Shown: positions 17,019 to 28,580 of the stretch, piece by piece
Numbering within the stretch: the stretch's first letter is position 1
Layout of the letters: each line of letters starts with the position of its first letter
From: Micavibrio sp.
GTDB taxonomy: Bacteria; Pseudomonadota; Alphaproteobacteria; Micavibrionales; CSBR16-224
Reading direction: 5' to 3'
Length of the DNA: 35,488 nucleotides
Assembly: GCA_027047045.1 (NCBI GenBank)
Contig: JALTWL010000290.1
Location: 1-35,488 of the forward strand
Made by a program: the position numbers and the translations under genes
Notes under the pieces: generated by a model
The model's input: only the letters and a program-made list of their open reading frames with translations
Database searches by the model: none
What the model was told of the DNA's origin: nothing

Positions 17019-20000
17019 TCAACTACACTCCTGCCATTTTTTAATCTGAGCTACACAGTCATCTATGTTATCCCGTATCTCATACACCCAGAACCTTTTT
17101 ACATCCCAACCAAGTTCGAATAATCTTTGATTCCTAATTTGGTCGCGCCTACATAGTTCCCCAGTCCAGTTCCTGTGGTATCGCTCTCCATCAACTTCGA
17201 TATCCAGCCTACGTTCGTTACTAAATAGTGCTAAGTCAAGGGTATATTTTTCTACCTGATATTGAGGTATAGTTTTTATTCCAGCCTTATATAGTGCACT
17301 ATAAAGCACACGCTCCCATTTAGATACTCTATCTGGATTAGCAACAGTTGGATATTTCTCCCCCAAATCTTGTATGCGGTTTTCAACGCCACTCGTAGAC
17401 ATGGTTTCCAAGTTCTTCACATACTTAGCAAATCTTTCCAAGTATGAAACTTTACATTTAATAATAGATTCTAGATCTCCAACTACTAACAGCGTAGCAC
17501 GAGCTCTCGTTATAGCAACATTGAAAAGATTGCCGTTATTTTCCAAAAAGGCTAAGGCCCCTACCGGCATATTATTGGAAATTACTGGGGAAAATATTAT
17601 AACATCCCGCTCATCACCTTGAAACTTATGCACTGTATCTACTATAAAATCGTGCTCTAACAATTTATCCTGTAAACCATTGCAGTCACCAATAATCCTG
17701 CGTATAAAATTAGCTTGTCCCCTAAAGGGAGTAACTATTCCAATTGTACCGTTATATTTTTTTTCATTAATCAGCCTATCTATTTCTTTAACCACACATC
17801 TAGCTTCTTCCTCATTGACTGCTCCACCAGTTTTAGGTCTTACTACCTCACCTTTTACGTTTATCCATTGCACTCCACGTTTATTGGAATCTATAGGTTT
17901 TAGGCAACTATAATCAGTTGCAACCCTTAGCTTATTTTCATAAAACCCCTTATTTGCAAATTCAATTATGTCCTTATGTGATCTATGGTGATCCCTAAGA
18001 TTAATAATGCTATCTTGCGATGCAAATCCGCACGCAAGATCAAATAAAGAATTATATGAATAAGCCCATCTAACATATTCAGGTACTAAACCATATTTTT
18101 CTAAAAGTTGTTGATCCTGCCCTTTTTTCAAGCCACTAATATGGCATAGTTGTTTTGGATCTCCAATAACAACTGCTTGTTTGGCCCTATATAGCAAAGG
18201 TAAGGCTGACGCAATATCACACTGACTTGCTTCATCAAATACCACAATGTCGAAGTAACCGGCTTCAAAAGGGACTTTTCCCCTAGCGGACAACGATGTC
18301 ACAGCCCATGCAGGTAATAAATGGGATACTTGCTTTGATAAAGCGGAATACTCTCTGTAAATTTTCCTTCCAAGCTTTTTATAAATATCACCTCCAGTCT
18401 CAATAATCATCTTTAACATAGTATGGTAATTTCCAAGCAAATTTCTATCTTCATCTGATAGCCTGCTCGGCTGCAAGTTCAACCATCCTATCCAAATATC
18501 CTTAGCTATACTTGCCATATCTTTTAGTAGAGATAATCTTTCCTTTGCAATCTGTTCAAGAGATTTAGTGTTTTTAAGCTCAGTAAGTATGTCAGCATAC
18601 TCATGCAATACTTGCGCAAACTTATAATATTCAGTTAGTTTCTGGTGTAAATCTGACCACGATTGAATACTATAGCTCACATCCATTTTACTTGTGAATA
18701 TTTCTAAATCAGAGGCAAGATTATGAAATTCCTTCCAAAAATCTTGGTAACACTTTCTACCCACCAACGCCCAGCGTAACATGCCCAAAATACCATGTCT
18801 GTTTTGTAAATGCTGTATCAACGTGTATAAATCATCGGCAACCATCCTGATATACATCGGATCTATATTGTTCAATCTTTCGACTAAGTCAGGAGAAAAA
18901 TATTTTTGCCTATTGGTAATAATCTGGTCTAACTCGTCAATTTTATTACGTAATTCTACAAGCCTATCTTCATATTTTGACAACCGAGTAAACCTTTTTT
19001 CTAGATTTCTATAGCGTTGTTTATCAAATTCAAATTCTTGTGAATCATATACAGAAGAACTGGTTGTCAACAATCCAATCAAATATTCTGCTAGCCTTAC
19101 ATGATACTGCCCTGCCCCCATACGCAACAATACCGGGCGTGGTGCAAGGTTGTTAACTCTTGTTTCAACCACATCTACCGCTTTATTGTTTTTACTTGCG
19201 AACAAAATCTTCTTTCCCCGCCAAACCGCATTTACAAGTAAGTTTGTAACTACTTGCGACTTTCCAGTACCAGGCGGTCCAGTTATAACTGTTAGAGGTG
19301 CATCTAAAGAGCTTTGAATAGCCTGACGCTGTTCAGTATTAAGCGGTAGGATCTCCAATATCGGTTTGTCTTCTGTATCACTTTCCGATTGTTTAAGTAA
19401 ATCTCCACTCACCCACTGTCCTAGTACAGTATCCTTGTATATACTTGGCTCTAATTTCGATAAGGATTTCAATTCTGCCTCCAGACCTCGAGTGTAAGGT
19501 GAACGTTCACCAATGATGAAAATAGCTCTATTGTATATACCCTCTTCTTGTAATTCGCGTATAGGTGGCTCTGTAATAAGTTTATCTGGAACGATATCCT
19601 CCATCCATGGCCACTCTGGTCTGATGTTAACTAATCTTCGTACTAAATCATCAAATTCTGGTAAGTCCTCTCCAAAATCTATACCAAGCTCCTCTTCTAA
19701 CTGTACAAACTCATCCATAAGTTGTTCACGTTCTGCATTAGTAAATAGCTTTAGAACAGAAAAATTTAGCATAGGGAAAGTATCTGTTATTCTGAGCGTT
19801 CCCCTATTTACTTCAGCTGAAAATATGAATACTGGCTCTACAAAAAAGCCTTCCCAACTACTTCTTCGTGACTTCACATATTTTAAAACTGTTGGATATC
19901 CAAAGTATACTTCTTTGTTGCCGCGATCTCTCCTTATTTTGCTCAGTAAATTTTGTACTCCACCAGTATGCTGCAAGTAATCATTGTCGGAGCTTGGAAA

Positions 20001-20348
20001 AGAAACAAGCTCTGTATAATCCAAATCTTTGCCATCTGCAAAAACTCTAATTCCCTCACCTACGTCTTGCCCAAGACAAGCTAGATAATAATTACTAATT
20101 TTTGCAAGTGGTGTCCCTAAAGCAGTATCATCCTCTTTTACAGTTGATACTGGAAAGTCATTATTTAAGTACCAGCAGTACTTATTGTCCTGCATACATT
20201 TATCGCTCAAACTACCGTAAAGTGCTTTGTTAACAAGTTCCTTTTCAACACCAAGTTCAGATGCTATCTCACGTGCCTTTATTCCTGGCATATCTCTTAA
20301 AATAGACAAAATCTTAACGTTCAAATCAGAAGTATGTGAAGCAATCAT
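17019..20348 (-). CDS. Multidomain SF1B (Upf1-like, AAA_11/AAA_12-type) helicase with an N-terminal winged helix and a C-terminal Vsr/DUF559-type PD-(D/E)xK endonuclease
   Basis: Walker A GPPGTGKS (aa 357-364, nt 19257-19280), motif II FDEASQ, III VIGDPKQL, V TVHKFQGDERDVII, VI NVAITRAR. A long coiled-coil-like insert (aa ~410-690) separates motifs Ia and II. The C-terminus YTLDLAL..RLDIEVDGERYH..GWDVKRFW is the DUF559/Vsr-like signature. The N-terminus ILSILRDMPGIKAREIASELGVEKELVNKALYGSL...W is a wHTH. Confidence 0.9.
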   Translation of the reverse strand: MIASHTSDLNVKILSILRDMPGIKAREIASELGVEKELVNKALYGSLSDKCMQDNKYCWYLNNDFPVSTVKEDDTALGTPLAKISNYYLACLGQDVGEGIRVFADGKDLDYTELVSFPSSDNDYLQHTGGVQNLLSKIRRDRGNKEVYFGYPTVLKYVKSRRSSWEGFFVEPVFIFSAEVNRGTLRITDTFPMLNFSVLKLFTNAEREQLMDEFVQLEEELGIDFGEDLPEFDDLVRRLVNIRPEWPWMEDIVPDKLITEPPIRELQEEGIYNRAIFIIGERSPYTRGLEAELKSLSKLEPSIYKDTVLGQWVSGDLLKQSESDTEDKPILEILPLNTEQRQAIQSSLDAPLTVITGPPGTGKSQVVTNLLVNAVWRGKKILFASKNNKAVDVVETRVNNLAPRPVLLRMGAGQYHVRLAEYLIGLLTTSSSVYDSQEFEFDKQRYRNLEKRFTRLSKYEDRLVELRNKIDELDQIITNRQKYFSPDLVERLNNIDPMYIRMVADDLYTLIQHLQNRHGILGMLRWALVGRKCYQDFWKEFHNLASDLEIFTSKMDVSYSIQSWSDLHQKLTEYYKFAQVLHEYADILTELKNTKSLEQIAKERLSLLKDMASIAKDIWIGWLNLQPSRLSDEDRNLLGNYHTMLKMIIETGGDIYKKLGRKIYREYSALSKQVSHLLPAWAVTSLSARGKVPFEAGYFDIVVFDEASQCDIASALPLLYRAKQAVVIGDPKQLCHISGLKKGQDQQLLEKYGLVPEYVRWAYSYNSLFDLACGFASQDSIINLRDHHRSHKDIIEFANKGFYENKLRVATDYSCLKPIDSNKRGVQWINVKGEVVRPKTGGAVNEEEARCVVKEIDRLINEKKYNGTIGIVTPFRGQANFIRRIIGDCNGLQDKLLEHDFIVDTVHKFQGDERDVIIFSPVISNNMPVGALAFLENNGNLFNVAITRARATLLVVGDLESIIKCKVSYLERFAKYVKNLETMSTSGVENRIQDLGEKYPTVANPDRVSKWERVLYSALYKAGIKTIPQYQVEKYTLDLALFSNERRLDIEVDGERYHRNWTGELCRRDQIRNQRLFELGWDVKRFWVYEIRDNIDDCVAQIKKWQECS

Positions 20349-20923
20349 AGTATCGAACCTGTATCATTAAACAACATGTTATGCACTACCGTATTACCTA
20401 ACGTAGCTTTAATTTTTTCTACCGTAATGTATACCATTTTAGAAAACTGAAAGCGATAAAATTTCACAACCTAAACAAAATACAAAACAACAACAAAATT
20501 CATATCCCATAAAAGATTAGAAAATAAAGTGTATCTTATACTTATTAGCATCATTACTTTCAGTGACATACATAATATTTTAAAAAAGTGATGAGCCCAA
20601 CAAAACCTTGCTTTTATACAGCATTTTTTTGATATTCTTCAACTTTAAACTAGCTAAGTGATTCTTTAAAATTTATTCAATAATTATTTACATATATTTC
20701 AATAAGTTATATCGCATCAATAAAAATTAACATAATATTTTAGATGTTAGGCTATTGTTTTAACTAGAGAAATTTAATGGTAGGTGCATTGCTCTGCTAA
20801 AGCGTATAGATAACAATGATGATAAGCTTATAGTTATCCAATACAATGGGAACGTTCCAAGTGAAACAGAAATCCGAAAGCTAGTTCATTTTCAAGAAAA
20901 ATTTTTTAAATCTAAAATCATTT

Positions 20924-20942
20924 TTACCTAACAACTAGGTAA
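20924..20942. terminator. Weak AT-rich hairpin TTACCTA-acaac-TAGGTAA about 30 nt downstream of ligA (possible terminator)
   Basis: 7-bp perfect stem read directly. No strong U-run follows on either strand. Confidence 0.25.
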
Positions 20943-20970
20943 GACTATTATATTTAAAACCAACTATAAG

Positions 20971-23112
<2,142 letters not shown>

Positions 23113-24819
23113 TCAAGCAACTTTCTCTTTAGCCTCAATTTCTTCTTGTTCTAATAATATAAGAGCAGCCGCCCTTGCTTCATTTGTTATTTTTTGTCCT
23201 GCAAGCATTCTTGCGATTTCTTCACATCTATCTTTTAAATCTATCATCTTGGTAATTTTAGTTATAGTATCCTTTGTTTGAGTTTTTTCTATTACAAAAT
23301 GGCTATCACCTTTTGAAGCTACTTGCGGGCTGTGAGTTACTACCAAAACTTGCCTGTTTTTGCTAAGTTTTTTCAAATGTTCGCCAACCGCATCGGCAAC
23401 TGCACCACCAATGCCTGAGTCTATCTCATCAAATACCATTACGTCTGTCATGTCAATTTCTGCTAGCACAACTTTAAAAGCAAGCATTAGTCTTGAAAGC
23501 TCTCCACCTGAGGCTGCTTTTTGTAAAGGGGTAGGGCTTTGTCCTGGGTTCATAGCCACCCTGAATTCAACTTTATCAATCCCGCCCTCATTCCAGTTAT
23601 TTTCATTTTCTATTTTGTCTATCGCAACTTCAAATTTTACCTTATCCAATTTTAAAGATGGTAACTCTTTTGTAAGGGCTAACACAAATTTTTCCGCTGA
23701 GTTTTTCCTGCTAGCGGACACTTCTTTTGCTAGTGTTAAATATCTTGTCTTTGCCTCTTGTTCTTCCTTTTCTAGCTTAAATAGCCTGTGTTCATGATTT
23801 TCTACTAACGATATTTGTTCTTTTAACTCTTGCAATTTATCTGGTAGTTCCGATATTTGGCAATTATGTTTGCGAGCACAATCTTTAAGCGCAAATAAGC
23901 GTTCTTCTATTATATCTAGTGTCATATCTTCATCTACATAGACAGAAGATGCAAGACTATTCAAAGATAAAACAGCTTCCCCAACTTCAACTTCTGCTTG
24001 CTCAATTGCTTTTATTGCCTCATCTAATTCTGCTAGCTCTATATCAGATGCTAGTCTTTCTAGTCTTCCCCTAACTTTAGCGAGCAATATTTCAACGCCT
24101 TCATCACTAGAGATTATATAATCTGCTTCTTTTAGGCCTTCTGATATTTTCTCGGCATTTTTTAATTTTTGCCGTGTGGCAATTAGTTCTTCTTCTTCCT
24201 TCTCAATGGGGCTTAGCTTCTCTAGCTCATCTATCATATGTTTGATATAGTCTTCATCGCTTTTGCTTTTGGCAATATTTGCTTTAGCCTCTGCTAAATA
24301 CCTAGATATTTCTTGCCACTCGTTCCAAGCGGTTTTTAATTTGTCTAACCGCTCTTTGTGATTTGCGTATTTATCTAAAATATTTTTATGTGATTTTGCC
24401 TGTAATAATCCGCTAGTTTCAAACTGCCCGTGTATCTCGACTAGGCTTGCTGATATATCTTTTAAAGTAGATACACTAACCGCATTGTCATTTACAAAAG
24501 CTTTACTCCTGCCATCTTTATAAATTGTTCTTCTTAAAATTAACTCATTTTCATCTATATCAATATCAAGCACTTTTAGTTTGTTAAAAACAATGTTGTT
24601 TTTATCCACAAAACTAAACTGAGCGCTAACGCTTGCTTTATCTGTACCTTTTCTAATAATAGAAGAGCTACTGCGCATACCGATTGCTAGCCCAACTGCA
24701 TCTAGTAATATCGATTTACCTGCCCCAGTCTCACCAGTTAGAACTGTTAAACCTTCCTTGCAGTCAATTTCTAATTTTTCAATTAAAACTATGTTGTTTA
24801 TAGTTAAATTTGTCAGCAT
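23113..24819 (-). CDS. recN: DNA repair protein RecN
   Basis: N-terminal Walker A GETGAGKSILLDA, a long coiled coil, the SMC-like signature SGGELSRLMLA and Walker B VMVFDEIDSG. Confidence 0.95.
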   Translation of the reverse strand: MLTNLTINNIVLIEKLEIDCKEGLTVLTGETGAGKSILLDAVGLAIGMRSSSSIIRKGTDKASVSAQFSFVDKNNIVFNKLKVLDIDIDENELILRRTIYKDGRSKAFVNDNAVSVSTLKDISASLVEIHGQFETSGLLQAKSHKNILDKYANHKERLDKLKTAWNEWQEISRYLAEAKANIAKSKSDEDYIKHMIDELEKLSPIEKEEEELIATRQKLKNAEKISEGLKEADYIISSDEGVEILLAKVRGRLERLASDIELAELDEAIKAIEQAEVEVGEAVLSLNSLASSVYVDEDMTLDIIEERLFALKDCARKHNCQISELPDKLQELKEQISLVENHEHRLFKLEKEEQEAKTRYLTLAKEVSASRKNSAEKFVLALTKELPSLKLDKVKFEVAIDKIENENNWNEGGIDKVEFRVAMNPGQSPTPLQKAASGGELSRLMLAFKVVLAEIDMTDVMVFDEIDSGIGGAVADAVGEHLKKLSKNRQVLVVTHSPQVASKGDSHFVIEKTQTKDTITKITKMIDLKDRCEEIARMLAGQKITNEARAAALILLEQEEIEAKEKVA

Positions 24820-24831
24820 ATTTATATTTAT

Positions 24832-25707
24832 CTAAAATATTCTACCAATTGTTTTTTCATATAAGTTTTCTTTCTTTTCACCACGCATATTTACAACATC
24901 TTCGCCTTTAATTAACTTATATGCCTCTTTATACCAATAGCTTTTAGGATAATTATGCCCCAAAACAGCAGCGGATTTTTTTGCCTCAACTGGAATGCCA
25001 AGCCCAAGATATGCCTCAACCAAACGGTACAGAGCCTCTGGTACATGGGTTGTTGTTTGGTAATCATCAACCACCCTTTGAAAGCGATTAACGGCGGCTT
25101 GATATTGTTTTTGCTTTAAATAATAACGCCCAATTTCCATTTCTTTACCTGCTAGATGGTCTTTTGTTAAGTCTAGCTTTAACTGAGCGTCTCTTGCATA
25201 TTTGCTATCTGGATAGCGTTTTACGACTTGTTTTAAATTTTCCAGCGCCAATTTTGTCATTTTTTGGTCACGTCTAACATCTGATATTTGCTCATAATAG
25301 CAAAGAGCCCTTAAATAATAAGCATAAGCGATATTTTTATCGCTAGGATGCAGCTGAATAAATCTATCAAGCGCAATTATTGCCTCATCATATTTTAAAT
25401 CCCGATAATGAGCATAAGAGCTCATAAGTTGTGCTTTTGTTGCCCATTGCGAATATGGATATTCTCGCTCCACTTCATCAAATTTTTTAGCCGCCTCAAC
25501 ATATTTGCTAGCATTAAGAAGTTTGGCTGCCTCTCTATATAAAATTTCCACAGGTGTTTGCGCAGTTTTTTCACCCACAGCAACCGCGCTATCACTGTTT
25601 ATTTGGTTTGCCATATCTTTGCCTGCCTTATTACTAGAACAAGCGCTAAGTGGCAAAATCATAAATAAAATAATAAACAAACCAAGCTTTAATCTATCGC
25701 AAAACAT
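24832..25707 (-). CDS. bamD: Outer membrane protein assembly factor BamD (ComL/YfiO lipoprotein)
   Basis: Lipobox LPLSAC, then TPR-like repeats (YREAAKLLNASKYVEAAKKFDEV..., YPDSKYARDAQLKL). Confidence 0.9.
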   Translation of the reverse strand: MFCDRLKLGLFIILFMILPLSACSSNKAGKDMANQINSDSAVAVGEKTAQTPVEILYREAAKLLNASKYVEAAKKFDEVEREYPYSQWATKAQLMSSYAHYRDLKYDEAIIALDRFIQLHPSDKNIAYAYYLRALCYYEQISDVRRDQKMTKLALENLKQVVKRYPDSKYARDAQLKLDLTKDHLAGKEMEIGRYYLKQKQYQAAVNRFQRVVDDYQTTTHVPEALYRLVEAYLGLGIPVEAKKSAAVLGHNYPKSYWYKEAYKLIKGEDVVNMRGEKKENLYEKTIGRIF

Positions 25708-25788
25708 AAAATATCACTCACTTAAAAATTTAACATTATCAAAGATTATATAGCATGTTTTTACAGTTAAAAGCAAAAATATTTAAAT

Positions 25789-27834
25789 TTAAAAGAAACT
25801 ATACGGGTCTATATCTATTTTAAGTTTTATTTGAGATGGCTTTTTAACACGAGCAAGCCAGTTTAAAATAAGCGTTTGAATATTGATATTTTTATCTGTT
25901 TTAATTAAAAAACGTCGCCTATGATTATTTCTAATAATTGCCATCGGTGCGATGGCTGGGCCAAGAATTACTGTTTTTTCATATCTAGGGGCAACGCTTG
26001 CCAAATAATTACAAAAATCATCAAGTAATTTTTCTTTTGGAGAAGCTATTATCAAAGATGCCAGCCTGCCAAAAGGTGGCATTTTTGCCATTTTTCTAGC
26101 ATTTATCTCTATTTGTAAAAATTCATCACGATTGCCCGCAATAATTGATTTTATAACTGGTGTATTTGGCATATAGCTTTGCAGATAAACCTGCCCCAGC
26201 TCTTTTTCTCGCCCTGCCCTGCCTGCAACTTGTTGAATTATTTGATAGCTTGACTCAGCTGCTCGCAAATCGCCACTTTCAAGTCCCAAATCAGCATCTA
26301 CAATTCCAACAAATGTTAATTTTGGAAAGTGATGACCTTTTGCTATTAGTTGCGTCCCAATAATTATATCAATTTCTTGGTTTGATATTTTATCTAAAGC
26401 CTCTTTTAGTTTTTTTTCTGAATTTGTAATATCGCTTGATAAAATTAAGCTATTTGCATCTGGTAGAAAATCTCTGACCTCTTCTTCTATTCTTTCAACT
26501 CCAGGACCACAAAAAGCAAGTGTGTCTTGTTCTTCACATTCGGGGCAAATATTTGGAGTTTTTATCCCAAAACCACAGTGATGGCACTGCAATTGTTTAT
26601 ATTTTTTATGTTTAACAAGCCAAGCGCTACAAGTTGGGCATTCAAGCCTATGGCCACAATTGCGACAAATGGTAAGCGGAGCATAACCACGCCTATTTAA
26701 AAATAGTAATGATTGTTCTTTATTTTTTAAATTTTCAACTAGTTTTTCTTTGACTTTATCTGTTAGAAAGCAACTTCTTGTTGCGGGAGGGTTTTTCTTC
26801 ATATCAATTACAGATATTTTAGGCATAGCTGCCCCGCCATATCTTCCTTTTAAAACTATATGTTTATATTTACCCGCTCTTGCATTAACCATAGTTTCTA
26901 AAGCAGGAGTGGCAGACGCAAGTATTATTGGAAAATTTTCAATTTTTGCCCTTACAATTGCCATATCGCGAGCATGATAAATACAGCCCCCTTCTTCTTG
27001 TTTGTAAGATTTGTCATGTTCTTCATCAACAATAATTAGTTTTAAATTTTTAAATGGCAAAAATAAGGCCGAGCGCGCCCCAACAACCACTTTTATTTTA
27101 CCTTTTGCAACCAAAAGCCAAGTATCGCGTTTTTTTGCAGGTGTTACTCCAGAATGCCAAACAGCTGGTTTTTCCCCAAATCTTTCTTCAAATCTTGTAA
27201 CAAATTGTTGTAACAGAGCAATTTCTGGCAATAATACTAATATTTGTGCATCTTTATTTTGCTCTATAATATTTGCCAAAATTTTAAAATATACCTCTGT
27301 TTTGCCAGAGCCTGTAACCCCGTCAAGTAAACATGTTTGATATCCATTTACACCAGTAGTTTGAGTTAACTCAAATACCGCTAAATTTTGCGCATCTGAG
27401 AGCTTTATTTCTCTATATCTAGGATTTTCACATATTGGTTTTTTTGTTTTTTTATTTACCAATTTCGCCTTTGCCATAACACCAAAAGACATTTTTAGCA
27501 CCATACCCAAAGGGGACATGCTATATTTACTAACCCAATTTATAAATTTAATCATATTTGAAGGAAATGAAGGAATTTCTGTTATTTTTTCAATAATTGG
27601 CTTTAATTTAAGCTCTGCATTTTTCTTTTTTTCTGATATATCCCAAACAACGCCCATTACATCTTTATTGGCAAAATTCACTTTAACAATATCACCTAAT
27701 TTTAAATCCATATTATCTGTGATTTGGTAAGAATAGCTTTTGTTCAACATTAAAGGCAATAAAATATCGGCAGTTTTTACTGAAGAACTGCTACTGTTTT
27801 GATTTTTAGCTTGCGTTTTTACTATTTCTTGCAT
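25789..27834 (-). CDS. priA: Primosomal replication-restart helicase PriA
   Basis: Walker A GVTGSGKTEVY, DEEH box, Cys-rich zinc region CRNCGHRLECPTCSAWLV...CHHCG...CPEC, and QVAGRAGR. Confidence 0.93.
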   Translation of the reverse strand: MQEIVKTQAKNQNSSSSSVKTADILLPLMLNKSYSYQITDNMDLKLGDIVKVNFANKDVMGVVWDISEKKKNAELKLKPIIEKITEIPSFPSNMIKFINWVSKYSMSPLGMVLKMSFGVMAKAKLVNKKTKKPICENPRYREIKLSDAQNLAVFELTQTTGVNGYQTCLLDGVTGSGKTEVYFKILANIIEQNKDAQILVLLPEIALLQQFVTRFEERFGEKPAVWHSGVTPAKKRDTWLLVAKGKIKVVVGARSALFLPFKNLKLIIVDEEHDKSYKQEEGGCIYHARDMAIVRAKIENFPIILASATPALETMVNARAGKYKHIVLKGRYGGAAMPKISVIDMKKNPPATRSCFLTDKVKEKLVENLKNKEQSLLFLNRRGYAPLTICRNCGHRLECPTCSAWLVKHKKYKQLQCHHCGFGIKTPNICPECEEQDTLAFCGPGVERIEEEVRDFLPDANSLILSSDITNSEKKLKEALDKISNQEIDIIIGTQLIAKGHHFPKLTFVGIVDADLGLESGDLRAAESSYQIIQQVAGRAGREKELGQVYLQSYMPNTPVIKSIIAGNRDEFLQIEINARKMAKMPPFGRLASLIIASPKEKLLDDFCNYLASVAPRYEKTVILGPAIAPMAIIRNNHRRRFLIKTDKNINIQTLILNWLARVKKPSQIKLKIDIDPYSFF

Positions 27835-27877
27835 AACTTCTAGCTTATAGCATTTTTATACAAAAAGGGGAATTGTT

Positions 27878-28552
27878 ATGAAATTTTTTATTGATAGTGC
27901 TGACATAAATGAAATTAAAGATTTAGCTGATAGCGGTCTTTTAGATGGCGTTACAACCAACCCATCATTGATAAAAAAACAATTAGATAAAACTGGTGGT
28001 GATTTTTTAGAACTTATCGCTGATATTTGTAAAATTATAGATGGTCCAGTTAGCGCAGAGGTTGCCGCTCTTGACTTTGACACAATGCTAAAAGAAGCAG
28101 AAAAACTAGCTAATATTGCTAGTAACATTGCAGTTAAACTGCCCCTTACCCCTGCGGGGCTTAAAACTTGTAAAATTCTATCTCAAAAGGGAATAATGGT
28201 AAATGTAACACTGTGCTTTTCTGCTGCGCAAGCACTACTTGCTGCAAAAGCAGGCGCAACATTTATATCCCCTTTTGTTGGCAGATTAGATGACCTATCA
28301 CAAGATGGCTTACAACTAATTGAAGATATTGTTGATATTTACGAACAATATCCCAACTTCACAACCGAAGTGCTAGTAGCCTCTATTAGAAATCCAAATC
28401 ATATAGTAGAATCCGCCAAAATGGGGGCGCATGTGGCAACAATCCCCCCAAATGTTATAAGACAGCTTTACAGTCACCCGCTAACCGATAAGGGGCTTGC
28501 TACTTTTGTGGCAGATTGGGAAAAAACTGGACAGTCTATTTTAGCAGCATAA
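27878..28552 (+). CDS. tal: Transaldolase type 3B / fructose-6-phosphate aldolase family
   Basis: [14 protein letters not shown]...GVTTNPSLI, the Schiff-base lysine region VKLP and [10 protein letters not shown]. 224 aa. AAGGGG RBS. Confidence 0.9.
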   Translation: MKFFIDSADINEIKDLADSGLLDGVTTNPSLIKKQLDKTGGDFLELIADICKIIDGPVSAEVAALDFDTMLKEAEKLANIASNIAVKLPLTPAGLKTCKILSQKGIMVNVTLCFSAAQALLAAKAGATFISPFVGRLDDLSQDGLQLIEDIVDIYEQYPNFTTEVLVASIRNPNHIVESAKMGAHVATIPPNVIRQLYSHPLTDKGLATFVADWEKTGQSILAA

Positions 28553-28580
28553 TTACAATTTTAAAAAAGGCTTTAAGGCT

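Noticed and set aside
19513-19980. 155-aa plus-strand ORF inside the helicase gene, and similar antisense ORFs elsewhere (17374-17622, 17680-17913, 18781-19014, 21050-21457, 23360-23797, 27011-27340, 33734-34558)
   Set aside because: All lie fully antisense to long ORFs with clear motifs. They have low-complexity Ser/Leu/Ile-rich translations and no RBS, so they are shadow ORFs.
24820-24960. Looked for an alphaproteobacterial SOS box (GTTC-N7-GTTC / GAAC-N7-GAAC) upstream of recN
   Set aside because: No such motif was seen. recN starts 12 bp after bamD and is probably co-transcribed with it.
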